Below are positions 35,399 to 45,469 of a stretch of DNA of 64,000 nucleotides, in pieces; position 1 is the first letter of the stretch; each line of letters opens with the position of its first letter. Under the pieces are notes generated by a model. The model ran no database searches and was not told where the DNA came from. It worked only from the letters and a program-made list of their open reading frames with translations. The stretch is taken from positions 145,105 through 209,104 of the forward strand of contig CAKULD010000001.1 in NCBI GenBank assembly GCA_934667065.1. Direction: 5' to 3'. The translations under genes and the position numbers were made by a program. Origin of the DNA: an uncultured Collinsella sp. (GTDB lineage: Bacteria; Actinomycetota; Coriobacteriia; Coriobacteriales; Coriobacteriaceae).

Positions 35399-36394
35399 AT
35401 GGGTGTTAACCTCTCCGGCCGTAGCTTCCTCAAGCTCCTCGACCTCACCACCGAGGAGATCGAGTACCTGCTCAAGCTCTCCAAGAACTTCAAGGATATG
35501 AAGCGCGCTGGCGTTCCGCACCGTTATCTCGAGGGCAAGAACATCGTCCTGCTCTTCCAGAAGACCTCCACTCGTACCCGCTGCGCCTTCGAGGTCGGCG
35601 GCATGGATCTGGGCATGGGCGTCACCTACCTCGATCCCGGTTCGTCGCAGATGGGCAAGAAGGAGTCCATCGAGGACACCGCTCGCGTTCTCGGCCGCAT
35701 GTATGACGGCATCGAGTTCCGCGGCTTTGCCCAGGACGACGTCGAGGAGCTCGCTGCTAAGTCCGGCGTGCCCGTCTGGAACGGCCTGACCACCGAGTGG
35801 CACCCCACCCAGATGCTCGCCGACATCCTGACCGTCCAGGAGAACTTCAACTACGACATCAAGGGCAAGACCCTCGTCTTCATGGGCGACTGCAAGAACA
35901 ACGTCGCTCGCTCCCTCATGGTCGTCTGCTCCAAGCTCGGCATGAACTTCGTGGCCTGCGGCCCCGAGGAGTGCATGCCCGCTGACGACGTCATCGAGGC
36001 CTGCAAGCCCATCGCCGAGGCCAACGGCTGCACCATTAAGCTGACCACCGACGTCAAGGACGGCGTCACTGGCGCTGACGTTCTCTACACCGACGTGTGG
36101 GTCTCCATGGGCGAGCCCGACGAGGTCTGGGCCGAGCGCATCGCTCAGCTCACCCCGTATCGTGTCACCTCCGAGGTCATGGCTATGGCCAACCCGGGTG
36201 CCATCTTCCTGCACTGCCTGCCCAGCTTCCACGACACCAACACCACCATTGGCGCCGAGAAGTGCGAGCAGTTCGGCATCACCGAGCAGGAGGTCACCGA
36301 CGAGGTCTTCGAGAGCCCCGCTTCCAAGGTCTTTGACGAGGCCGAGAACCGCATGCACACCATCAAGGCTGTCATGTACGCCACGCTCAAGTAA
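35399..36394 (+). CDS. argF: Ornithine carbamoyltransferase (catabolic arcB role inferred from context)
   Basis: It carries STRTRCAFE, HPTQMLAD and HCLPSFH. Confidence 0.95.
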   Translation: MGVNLSGRSFLKLLDLTTEEIEYLLKLSKNFKDMKRAGVPHRYLEGKNIVLLFQKTSTRTRCAFEVGGMDLGMGVTYLDPGSSQMGKKESIEDTARVLGRMYDGIEFRGFAQDDVEELAAKSGVPVWNGLTTEWHPTQMLADILTVQENFNYDIKGKTLVFMGDCKNNVARSLMVVCSKLGMNFVACGPEECMPADDVIEACKPIAEANGCTIKLTTDVKDGVTGADVLYTDVWVSMGEPDEVWAERIAQLTPYRVTSEVMAMANPGAIFLHCLPSFHDTNTTIGAEKCEQFGITEQEVTDEVFESPASKVFDEAENRMHTIKAVMYATLK

Positions 36395-36542
36395 GAGCAT
36401 CTAGCATCTCGCTCGGGGTGTATTGCTGCACACCCCGAGCGGTTTTGTCTGGTAAAAATCTCGCGTCGAGCGGTGGGCACGGCACGGAAGATCCGTTTTG
36501 CGCGAGAAGAGTTAAATGATTTATGAAGGGGGGATGAGAACC

Positions 36543-38021
36543 ATGACTGAGACCGCTAAGAAAAAGCGCGGTATGCCTTCATCGTTCACCATTCTTCTTG
36601 CTCTGCTGGCAATTGTCGCAGTGATTACCGTTATCGTCTCCGGCACGTCCGGCGGCGAGGTTACTGCAGCCCGCCTGAGTGATTTCTGCACCGCCCCGAT
36701 TTTGGGCTTCGCTGACGCTCTGCCCGTCTGCCTCTTCGTTATGATCCTGGGTGGCTTCCTCGGTATGATGACCGAGACCGGCGCTCTGGACAACGGCATT
36801 GCCGTTCTGGTGCAGAAGCTTAAGGGCAACGAGATCATGCTCGTTCCTGTGCTGATGCTCATCTTCTCCCTCGGTGGTACCACCTATGGTATGTGCGAGG
36901 AGACCGTTCCCTTCTACGCCCTGCTTGCCGCTACCATGATGGCCGCTGGCTTCGACCCCATGGTCGGCGCCGCTACCGTCCTGCTCGGCGCTGGCTGCGG
37001 CTGCCTGGGCTCCACGGTTAACCCGTTCGCTGTCGGTGCTGCCGTCGACGCTCTGACCGGCGTTGACATCGCCGTGAACCAGTCCATCATCATCGGCCTC
37101 GGCGGCGTCCTGTGGCTTGTCACCACCGTTATGTCGATCGTCTTCGTGATGAACTATGCCAAGAAGGTCAAGGCCGACAAGGGTTCCACCATCCTTTCGA
37201 TGCAGGAGCTCGAGGATGCCGAGGCCGCCCACGGTAAGGCTGCTTCTGAGGTTAACAAGGAGGTCAAGCTCACCGGTCGTCAGAAGGGTGTCCTGATCGC
37301 CTTCGCCTTCACCTTTGTCGTCATGATCGTCGGCTTCATCCCGCTGGCCGACCTCAACGAGGGCGTCGCCAACTTCTTCGATGCTGGCGCTGTCTACGAC
37401 GCAGACGGTAACACCGTCGTCCAGGGCTGGTCTGCCCTGATCACCGGCCTGCCCATTGGCCAGTGGTACTTCGACGAGGCTTCCACCTGGTTCTTCCTCA
37501 TGGCTATCCTGATCGGTATCATCGGTGGCCTGTCCGAGAAGCAGATCGTCAACACCTTCATCACCGGCGCTGCCGACATGATGTCCGTTGTTCTCGTCAT
37601 CGCCCTCGCCCGTGGTATCTCCGTCCTCATGGCCAACACCGGTCTCGACGTCTACGTCCTCGACGCTGCCGCCAACGCTCTGGCTGGCCTATCCGGCGTG
37701 ATCTTCGCTCCCATGAGCTTCCTGGTCTACTTCGGCCTGTCCTTCCTGATCCCCTCGACCTCCGGTATGGCCACCGTCTCCATGCCCATCATGGGACCGC
37801 TGGCTGTCAAGCTCGGCTTCTCGCCCGAGGTCATGGTCATGATCTTCTCCGCCGCCATCGGTGTCGTGAACCTGTTCACCCCGACCTCCGGTGCCATCAT
37901 GGGCGGCCTCGCCCTGGCCAAGATCGAGTGGACGACCTGGCTCAAGTTCGCCCTTAAGCTCATCGTCGCTCTCTCCGTCGTCTGCGCTGTCATCCTGACC
38001 GTCGCCTGCGTGATGCTCTAA
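36543..38021 (+). CDS. YfcC/DcuC-like anaerobic carrier family protein (putative arginine/ornithine antiporter)
   Basis: About 490 aa and polytopic. It lies directly downstream of arcA-argF. The start is uncertain (ATGs at 36534 and 36543; the ORF opens at 36516). Confidence 0.75.
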   Translation: MTETAKKKRGMPSSFTILLALLAIVAVITVIVSGTSGGEVTAARLSDFCTAPILGFADALPVCLFVMILGGFLGMMTETGALDNGIAVLVQKLKGNEIMLVPVLMLIFSLGGTTYGMCEETVPFYALLAATMMAAGFDPMVGAATVLLGAGCGCLGSTVNPFAVGAAVDALTGVDIAVNQSIIIGLGGVLWLVTTVMSIVFVMNYAKKVKADKGSTILSMQELEDAEAAHGKAASEVNKEVKLTGRQKGVLIAFAFTFVVMIVGFIPLADLNEGVANFFDAGAVYDADGNTVVQGWSALITGLPIGQWYFDEASTWFFLMAILIGIIGGLSEKQIVNTFITGAADMMSVVLVIALARGISVLMANTGLDVYVLDAAANALAGLSGVIFAPMSFLVYFGLSFLIPSTSGMATVSMPIMGPLAVKLGFSPEVMVMIFSAAIGVVNLFTPTSGAIMGGLALAKIEWTTWLKFALKLIVALSVVCAVILTVACVML

Positions 38022-38123
38022 GTACCCAACGGGTACCCCACGGAAACCTTGACGATCCTGTAAAGGATCACCTGGTCATCGTCTGTCCGGTGGGGTCAAC
38101 CCACCGGTAGACTCCTACCTTTA

Positions 38124-38162
38124 GCCCCCTCCCGTTCCGTGCGCGGGAGGGGGCGCTTTTTT
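38124..38162 (+). terminator. Intrinsic terminator after the YfcC-type transporter
   Basis: GCCCCCTCCCG-loop-CGGGAGGGGGC followed by GCTTTTTT. Confidence 0.8.
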
Positions 38163-38295
38163 GTTCCGCGGTTTTACCAAACCGCGGAACTGCTCGACGC
38201 TGCGCGCTGCCCAGAACGACAATTTGTCATTCAAAAGGCAAGGCATGACCAAAAGGTCTATGCCTTGCCTTTTTCATGCCAACTTGTACGTTCTG

Positions 38296-38430
38296 GACGG
38301 CGCTCGCTGACGTTGGCTCTACCAGCGGCGTTGCCATTGTTGGTGCAGGGGGCGCCTTGCTCGCTCTGGCGGGCTTTCGCTGACTTATGCTCAACCTGCG
38401 ATGTTTCCTTTGTTGGTGCAAGGGGGCGCC
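38296..38430 (+). repeat. Degenerate tandem repeat (about 57-73 nt units), each unit ending TTGTTGGTGCA(A)GGGGGCGCC
   Basis: The unit ends are at 38337-38356 and 38409-38430 (period 73). The unit bodies share TCGCTGAC.T..GCTC.ACC.GCG. Further TTGGTGCA copies occur at 38431, 38464 and, inverted, at 38487. Confidence 0.6.
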
Positions 38431-38495
38431 TGGTGCAAAGGGGTCAGGTTTGTCTGCTCCAGGTTGGTGCAAAGTAGCCTGACCCCTTTGCACCA
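38431..38495. repeat. Long hairpin H1 (18-bp perfect stem)
   Basis: TGGTGCAAAGGGGTCAGG (38431-38448) pairs with CCTGACCCCTTTGCACCA (38478-38495). Confidence 0.75.
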
Positions 38496-38504
38496 AAAGG
38501 GGGA

Positions 38505-38568
38505 GTTGCGGTGGAATAGTTCCTGTTTGGCTGCCCTGAGGGCTAAGCAGGAACTATTTCACCGCAAC
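38505..38568. repeat. Long hairpin H2 (21-bp stem, one G-U pair)
   Basis: GTTGCGGTGGAATAGTTCCTG (38505-38525) pairs with CAGGAACTATTTCACCGCAAC (38548-38568), followed by TTATT. Confidence 0.75.
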
Positions 38569-38680
38569 TTATTCGAGCACGTGTTTGGTTGGTGCCTGTT
38601 GGTTGCCTGGGTGTTGGTGGGGGCTGGCTCCGTTATAATCGCGTAGGAACTTTATTTACGAAACGGGACGGGAGCCATAC

Positions 38681-40162
38681 ATGCGCCAGGGTTTCGACAA
38701 CGCGAAGTATATCGAGCTGCAGGCCGCTCATATTAAGGAGCGCATCTCGCAGTTTGGCGGCAAGCTGTATTTGGAGTTTGGCGGCAAGCTGTTTGACGAC
38801 TATCACGCGAGCCGCGTGCTGCCGGGTTTTGAGCCGGATAGCAAGTTCCGCATGCTCAAGAGCATCGCCAACGACGTCGAGGTCATCATCGCGATCAACG
38901 CGAACCACATCGAGAAGAACAAGGCCCGTGGCGACCTGGGCATTACCTATGACGAGGATGTGCTGCGTCTGGTCGACCTGTTCCGCGGTAACGGCTTTGC
39001 CGTCGCGGCCGTGGTCATCACCCAGTATGCCGGCCAGCCTGCTGCCGACGTGTTCCGCAATCGCCTGAACGCGCTCGGTATTCCCGCCAAGCTGCACTAT
39101 CCCATCGAGGGGTATCCGCACGACGTCGACTTGATCGTGTCCGACGACGGCTACGGCAAGAACGAGTTCGTCGAGACCACCCGTCCGCTCGTCGTGGTCA
39201 CCGCCCCCGGCCCCGGTTCGGGCAAGCTTGCCACCTGCCTGTCGCAGCTCTATCACGAGCACAAGCACGGCACTGCCGCCGGCTACGCCAAGTTCGAGAC
39301 CTTCCCGGTCTGGAACCTGCCCCTCACACATCCGGTCAACATTGCCTACGAGGCCGCCACGGCCGACCTCGACGACGCCAACATCATCGACTCCTTCCAT
39401 CTTGAGGCTTACAACAAGACCACGGTCAACTACAACCGCGACGTCGAGGCCTTCCCGGTGGTCCGTGCCCTGATGGAGAAGATCTTGGGCGAGAGCCCTT
39501 ACCAGAGCCCCACGGATATGGGCGTCAATATGGTTGGCTTTGCCATCACCGATGACGATGCCTGCCGCGATGCCTCCAAGATGGAGATTGTCCGTCGTTA
39601 CTTTGCCGCGGTCGAGGCCGTGCGTCGCACCGGTGTGGGCGACGAGCAGGTCGACCGCCTCAAGCTCATTATGAAGAAGGCTGGCATCGACAAGAATTAC
39701 TCGCCGGCGCGCTCGGCCGCCCTTACCAGGGAGCAGCTGACGGGCGGTCCCGTGGGCGCTATGGTCATGCCGGACGGCTCTGTGGTGACGGGTAAGACTT
39801 CCACGCGCCTGGGCGCCGCGAGCTCGCTCATCATGAATGCCCTCAAGCATGTCTCGGGCGTCGACCTTGAGCTCGAGGTTATCAGCGACGAGGCGATCGA
39901 GCCCATCAGCAAGCTCAAGACGCATTTCCTGGGCAGCAAGAATCCGCGCCTCCACACCGATGAGACGCTCATGGCGCTTTCGATTACCTCGGCCACGAGT
40001 GAGACGGCGGCCCGCGTTCTTTCGGGCCTGGAGCAGCTGCGCGGCTGCGACGCCTTCTTTAGCGTGATTATCTCTCCGACGGATGAGACGGTGCTGCGCA
40101 AGTTGGGCATCAACGTGTGCTGCGAGCCCAAGTTCGAGCGCCGTGGGTTCTTCCACCGCTAA
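38681..40162 (+). CDS. DUF1846 / UPF0371 family protein
   Basis: 493 aa. The N-terminus FDNAKYIELQAAHIKERI...LYLEFGGKLFDDYHASRVLPGF is typical of UPF0371 (from memory). A TATAAT at 38634-38639 lies upstream. Confidence 0.8.
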   Translation: MRQGFDNAKYIELQAAHIKERISQFGGKLYLEFGGKLFDDYHASRVLPGFEPDSKFRMLKSIANDVEVIIAINANHIEKNKARGDLGITYDEDVLRLVDLFRGNGFAVAAVVITQYAGQPAADVFRNRLNALGIPAKLHYPIEGYPHDVDLIVSDDGYGKNEFVETTRPLVVVTAPGPGSGKLATCLSQLYHEHKHGTAAGYAKFETFPVWNLPLTHPVNIAYEAATADLDDANIIDSFHLEAYNKTTVNYNRDVEAFPVVRALMEKILGESPYQSPTDMGVNMVGFAITDDDACRDASKMEIVRRYFAAVEAVRRTGVGDEQVDRLKLIMKKAGIDKNYSPARSAALTREQLTGGPVGAMVMPDGSVVTGKTSTRLGAASSLIMNALKHVSGVDLELEVISDEAIEPISKLKTHFLGSKNPRLHTDETLMALSITSATSETAARVLSGLEQLRGCDAFFSVIISPTDETVLRKLGINVCCEPKFERRGFFHR

Positions 40163-40185
40163 GACGAGTTTATTGGTCTGATAAG

Positions 40186-40219
40186 GCCGCATGGGGTATA
40201 TGCCCCATGCGGCTTTTTT
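40186..40219 (+). terminator. Intrinsic terminator after DUF1846
   Basis: GCCGCATGGGG-loop-CCCCATGCGGC followed by TTTTTT. Confidence 0.85.
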
Positions 40220-40298
40220 ATCAACAAAGCCTTAGTTCGAGGTAAAAATAGGCCGTTTACCTGCCTATAAGCGATTTGGGCGGTATACAATATCGCTG

Positions 40299-40712
40299 AT
40301 GAAACATCCTTTGCGGGATGCGCCGGTCGTGCACGGCGCGTTAGATGCTCGTGCTCGGTTTGAGGAGGCTGCCATGGCGGGCAAGGGTCGTGCGAGTGTC
40401 AACGATATGAAGCGTGTCGAGGTGCTGGTGCTGATGGAGATCGCTCAGCAAACCGAAGGCAATGGCGGGCTGTATGGTTTCTCGCGCAAAACGCTTGCCG
40501 AGCGCGTGGGGGTTTCGCCGTATCGTGCCCGCGCCGCAATCGATCGCTTGGATTCGGAAGGCATGATCGATGTCGTCTCGCGCTATAGCGACGATGGCGG
40601 TCAGCTTGCGAATGGAATTCGCCTTACCGAGTGCGGCGAGTGGTATCTAAAGGGCGTCCGCGCCGGCATGCTCGTTCAAGATATGCTCGAGGACGAGGCC
40701 GCTGATCGATAG
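40299..40712 (+). CDS. Small winged-helix (MarR-like) DNA-binding protein, hypothetical
   Basis: 137 aa. The segment FSRKTLAERVGVSPYRARAAIDRLDSEGMIDVV looks like an HTH plus wing. TACAAT at 40286-40291 ends 7 nt before the ATG, so the mRNA may be leaderless. Alternative internal starts exist. Confidence 0.55.
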   Translation: MKHPLRDAPVVHGALDARARFEEAAMAGKGRASVNDMKRVEVLVLMEIAQQTEGNGGLYGFSRKTLAERVGVSPYRARAAIDRLDSEGMIDVVSRYSDDGGQLANGIRLTECGEWYLKGVRAGMLVQDMLEDEAADR

Positions 40713-40737
40713 CAGTGTGCAATCCTTGCCGCAGCAG

Positions 40738-40769
40738 CGCCGTCTGGGAAACCGGGCGGCGTTTTGTTT
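40738..40769 (+). terminator. Intrinsic terminator after the wHTH gene
   Basis: 10-bp stem (two G-U pairs) with a GAAA loop, followed by TTTTGTTT. Confidence 0.7.
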
Positions 40770-40884
40770 CGAGTTTGAGAAATGCGATTGCGCCTGAGAA
40801 AAAATGTGAACGGCTCGGGGCTCAAGTATTACAATGAAGACCCGTAAGATGTGTATGGACAACTTCTACGGGAAGCGCAGGTAA

Positions 40885-42552
<1,668 letters not shown>

Positions 42553-42554
42553 GG

Positions 42555-43496
42555 GTGCCGGCGAACAAAGAACATACCGAAGCTACTCCCTCGTCGCTCG
42601 CTGTGGCGGCGGGGGAGTATCTCGATTACCTCGCGGTTGAGCGGGGTTTGGCGCGCAACACGATTGCGGCCTATCGCCGTGACTTGATGACGTACTGCGC
42701 CTATCTGGAGCGGGCGGGTATTGCGTCTTTTAAAGATGTGAGCCGTCAGGTCGTGGAAGGCTTTGTCGCCGATCGCCGTGACGGAGGCTATTCCGATGCC
42801 TCGGTGGAGCGCGCGCTTGCGGCCGTAAAGGGTCTGCATGCCTTTTTGGTGCGCGATGGGGCTGTGGCCCAAAATCCGACTGCGGCGTTGCGCCTGCCCA
42901 AAAAGGCCGAGCGCCTGCCGGAATACCTTTCGGTGGAGGATGTCTCGGCACTGCTCGATCAAGACTTTCCCAAGAGCGAGATGGGGCTGCGCGACCACGC
43001 TATCTTGGAAGTGCTCTACGGTTGCGGCTTGCGCGTGAGCGAGCTTGTGGGGCTCGATGTGGGCGATATCCATATCGATGATGGGTTTGTCCTGGTGCGC
43101 GGTAAGGGCTCAAAGGAGCGTCTGGCTCCACTGGTGGGAAGCGCGGCACGTGCCCTGACACGCTATATATATGACGGGCGCGCCCTCCTGGCTGCTCATG
43201 CTCGCGGGGCGGAAACCTCGGCGGTCTTTTTAAATAAGAACGGACGTCGCCTGTCGCGCCAGGCCGTGCATGCGATATGTGAACGCTATGGGCGTCAGGT
43301 GGGATTGGTGGGACTCCATCCCCACACTTTGCGCCACTCCTTTGCTACCCACATGCTCGCGGGCGGTGCCGACCTGCGCGTGCTGCAGGAAATTTTGGGC
43401 CATGCCGATATTTCGACCACGCAGGTCTACACGCATGTCGACCGCACGCAGCTGACTGAGGTCTATCTGGCGGCACATCCGCTGGCGCATCGCTAG
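42555..43496 (+). CDS. xerD: Site-specific tyrosine recombinase XerD
   Basis: The GTG at 42555 lies 2 nt after the pyrG stop. It has an N-terminal SAM-like domain and the C-terminal catalytic motifs HTLRHSFATH and GH....TQVYTH. Confidence 0.85.
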   Translation: MPANKEHTEATPSSLAVAAGEYLDYLAVERGLARNTIAAYRRDLMTYCAYLERAGIASFKDVSRQVVEGFVADRRDGGYSDASVERALAAVKGLHAFLVRDGAVAQNPTAALRLPKKAERLPEYLSVEDVSALLDQDFPKSEMGLRDHAILEVLYGCGLRVSELVGLDVGDIHIDDGFVLVRGKGSKERLAPLVGSAARALTRYIYDGRALLAAHARGAETSAVFLNKNGRRLSRQAVHAICERYGRQVGLVGLHPHTLRHSFATHMLAGGADLRVLQEILGHADISTTQVYTHVDRTQLTEVYLAAHPLAHR

Positions 43497-43530
43497 CACC
43501 TCGCTGACCTGCATATTCATAACTATTAGG

Positions 43531-43599
43531 GGGACGGGCCCCAGATTGCCGTGACACGTTTTTGCACGCACGCGGCAATCTGGGGCCCGTCCCATTTTT
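43531..43599 (+). terminator. Long-stem terminator after xerD
   Basis: 21-bp perfect stem GGGACGGGCCCCAGATTGCCG / CGGCAATCTGGGGCCCGTCCC followed by ATTTTT. Confidence 0.75.
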
Positions 43600-43813
43600 C
43601 GCCATGCACTACCGCGGTGGTGGGTCGCGTGTGTCGTGGGTGGGGGAGTTTGGGAGCGATGTGAACGGCATGTAAAGGGACGTAAAAATCGCCTCAAGGT
43701 CAACTTGAAGGTTGAGGTTCACGGGCGGGGTGCTACAGGTGGCATCCCGCCTTTGCTGTAAACACAACATATTGTGTTTTCGAACATATGCTCGGGGGTG
43801 TTTTACAACATAT

Positions 43814-43874
43814 TGGGGGTGGAGTGGTGGGGCGGGGTGGGGGAAGGGGTGGGGAAAGGTGTTGAAAAATGGGG
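43814..43874 (+). promoter_or_regulatory. Phased TGGGG repeats / G-quadruplex-type tract upstream of mraZ (candidate MraZ operator)
   Basis: TGGGG starts at 43814, 43828, 43838, 43850 and 43870. The tract GGGG-c-GGGG-t-GGGGG-aa-GGGG-t-GGGG spans 43829-43854. An AT-rich -10-like TATTATTAAT lies at 43885-43894. Confidence 0.45.
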
Positions 43875-43958
43875 CGGTTCCCCATATTATTAATGTCGTC
43901 GACAGGCGGGGTGGTTCCCCGCGTACGTGCCATCTGAGTAACCGAGGGGAGGGCGCAC

Positions 43959-44393
43959 ATGGGAATGACGGGTGCATACGAGCGCAATCTCGATGCAAAA
44001 GGTCGTCTGTCCCTGCCTGCACCCCTTCGCGAGGAGCTTGGAGAGCACGTTCGCGTGTTCAAAGCCCTGGATGTCGATGCTCTGTACGTGTTCTCTGCCG
44101 AGGCCTTCGATAAGTGGGTCGAAGGACTCTTCGCGGGTCGTGAGGGCCACGAGGGTTTTAACCCGCGTGACATCAACGACCAGAAGCTCATGAGGGCGAT
44201 CAACAAGCGCACCACGTCGATGGATGTGGACAGCGCCGGTCGTATCGGTCTTTCTGAGTCTCTCCGCAAGCAGGCGAACCTCGACCGCGAGGTCACGGTT
44301 GTGGGCAACTACGACCACCTTGAGGTCTGGGACCGCGCTACGGCCGATGAGGACGATGACGACGAGGCCCTGCTGGACCTCTTCTTCTCGTAA
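43959..44393 (+). CDS. mraZ: Transcriptional regulator MraZ
   Basis: 144 aa. Two SpoVT/AbrB-like repeats, each with a D..GR..LP motif (LDAKGRLSLP and VDSAGRIGLS). Confidence 0.95.
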   Translation: MGMTGAYERNLDAKGRLSLPAPLREELGEHVRVFKALDVDALYVFSAEAFDKWVEGLFAGREGHEGFNPRDINDQKLMRAINKRTTSMDVDSAGRIGLSESLRKQANLDREVTVVGNYDHLEVWDRATADEDDDDEALLDLFFS

Positions 44394-44413
44394 GGGCAAG
44401 GCACGAGTAACGG

Positions 44414-45379
44414 ATGGAGCGTGGGATCTTGACACAAGAATATCGGCATGAACCTGTCATGCTCGGCGAAGTGCTTGAGTCGCTGCAGCTAAAGAGCGGC
44501 TCCGTCGTCTGCGATTGCACCCTTGGCGGTGCCGGCCATTCGGTAAAGATGGCCGCGCAGGTGGGGGAGACGGGCCTTTTGCTCGGCGTCGATCAGGACG
44601 ACATGGCCCTCGAGGCCGCTGGTGCCCGTCTGGACCGCGAGGTTCCCGGCGTACCGCACCAGCTGCTGAAGGGCAACTTCGGCGACTTGGACGAGCTTCT
44701 TTGCTCGGCCGAGGTGCCCGGGGTCGATGGCTTCCTGTTTGACTTGGGCGTTTCGTCACCGCAACTCGATATCCCTGGCAGGGGCTTTTCGTATAACGAG
44801 GACGCCCCATTGGACATGCGGATGGATCCGGGTAACAACACCTTAAACGCAGCTGAGGTCATCAACAGCTATAACGAACACGACCTCGCCCGGATTCTAC
44901 GCGTCTACGGCGAAGAGAAGTTCGCCTCGCAGATTGCGCGCGAGATCGTGCGCCGCCGCGAGCAAGAACCGATCGAAACCACCGGCCAGTTTGTCGAGAT
45001 CATCAAGGCTGGAATACCGGCTGCCGCTCGTCGGCATGGTGGTCATCCGGCCAAAAAGAGTTTCCAGGCCATTCGCATCGAGGTCAATCATGAGCTCGAT
45101 GTGCTCGAACGAGGGCTTGACGCCGCCACCAGGTGGCTCAACCCGGGCGGACGCATCTGCGTCATCTCGTATCACTCGCTCGAGGACCGTATCGTAAAGA
45201 ACCACTTTAAGGAGATGAGCCAGGGGTGCACGTGTCCGCCGGAGATTCCGGTGTGCGTGTGCGGCAACGTGCCGATACTCAAGGTCATCACCCGCAAACC
45301 CCTGGTTGCCCAACCCGATGAGGTTGAGCGCAACCCTCGGGCGAGATCAGCCAAGATCCGCGTGGCGCAGCGCCTGTAG
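44414..45379 (+). CDS. rsmH: 16S rRNA (cytosine1402-N4)-methyltransferase
   Basis: It has HEPVML.E, DCTLGGAGHS, DLGVSSPQLD and SYHSLEDR. Confidence 0.95.
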   Translation: MERGILTQEYRHEPVMLGEVLESLQLKSGSVVCDCTLGGAGHSVKMAAQVGETGLLLGVDQDDMALEAAGARLDREVPGVPHQLLKGNFGDLDELLCSAEVPGVDGFLFDLGVSSPQLDIPGRGFSYNEDAPLDMRMDPGNNTLNAAEVINSYNEHDLARILRVYGEEKFASQIAREIVRRREQEPIETTGQFVEIIKAGIPAAARRHGGHPAKKSFQAIRIEVNHELDVLERGLDAATRWLNPGGRICVISYHSLEDRIVKNHFKEMSQGCTCPPEIPVCVCGNVPILKVITRKPLVAQPDEVERNPRARSAKIRVAQRL

Positions 45380-45469
45380 GCGTGTCCGCGCGATATTGGA
45401 CCTCCCGCTCGCACTATAAACGAAGCTTAAACACACTACCAACGTACTCGGGATGGGAGGCGGCATATC

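Noticed and set aside
38337-38430. Possible mini-CRISPR array (a 20-nt repeat TTGTTGGTGCA(A)GGGGGCGCC recurring after 73 nt).
   Set aside because: There are only two full repeats. The 'spacers' are themselves homologous to each other, so this is a tandem duplication. No cas genes are in the window.
42555-43496. Tyrosine recombinase as a marker of an integrated mobile element.
   Set aside because: It has XerD-like domain order and sits next to pyrG, as in other Actinomycetota. There are no att-like direct repeats or phage/ICE genes, and G+C is like the core genome. I call it the housekeeping dif recombinase.
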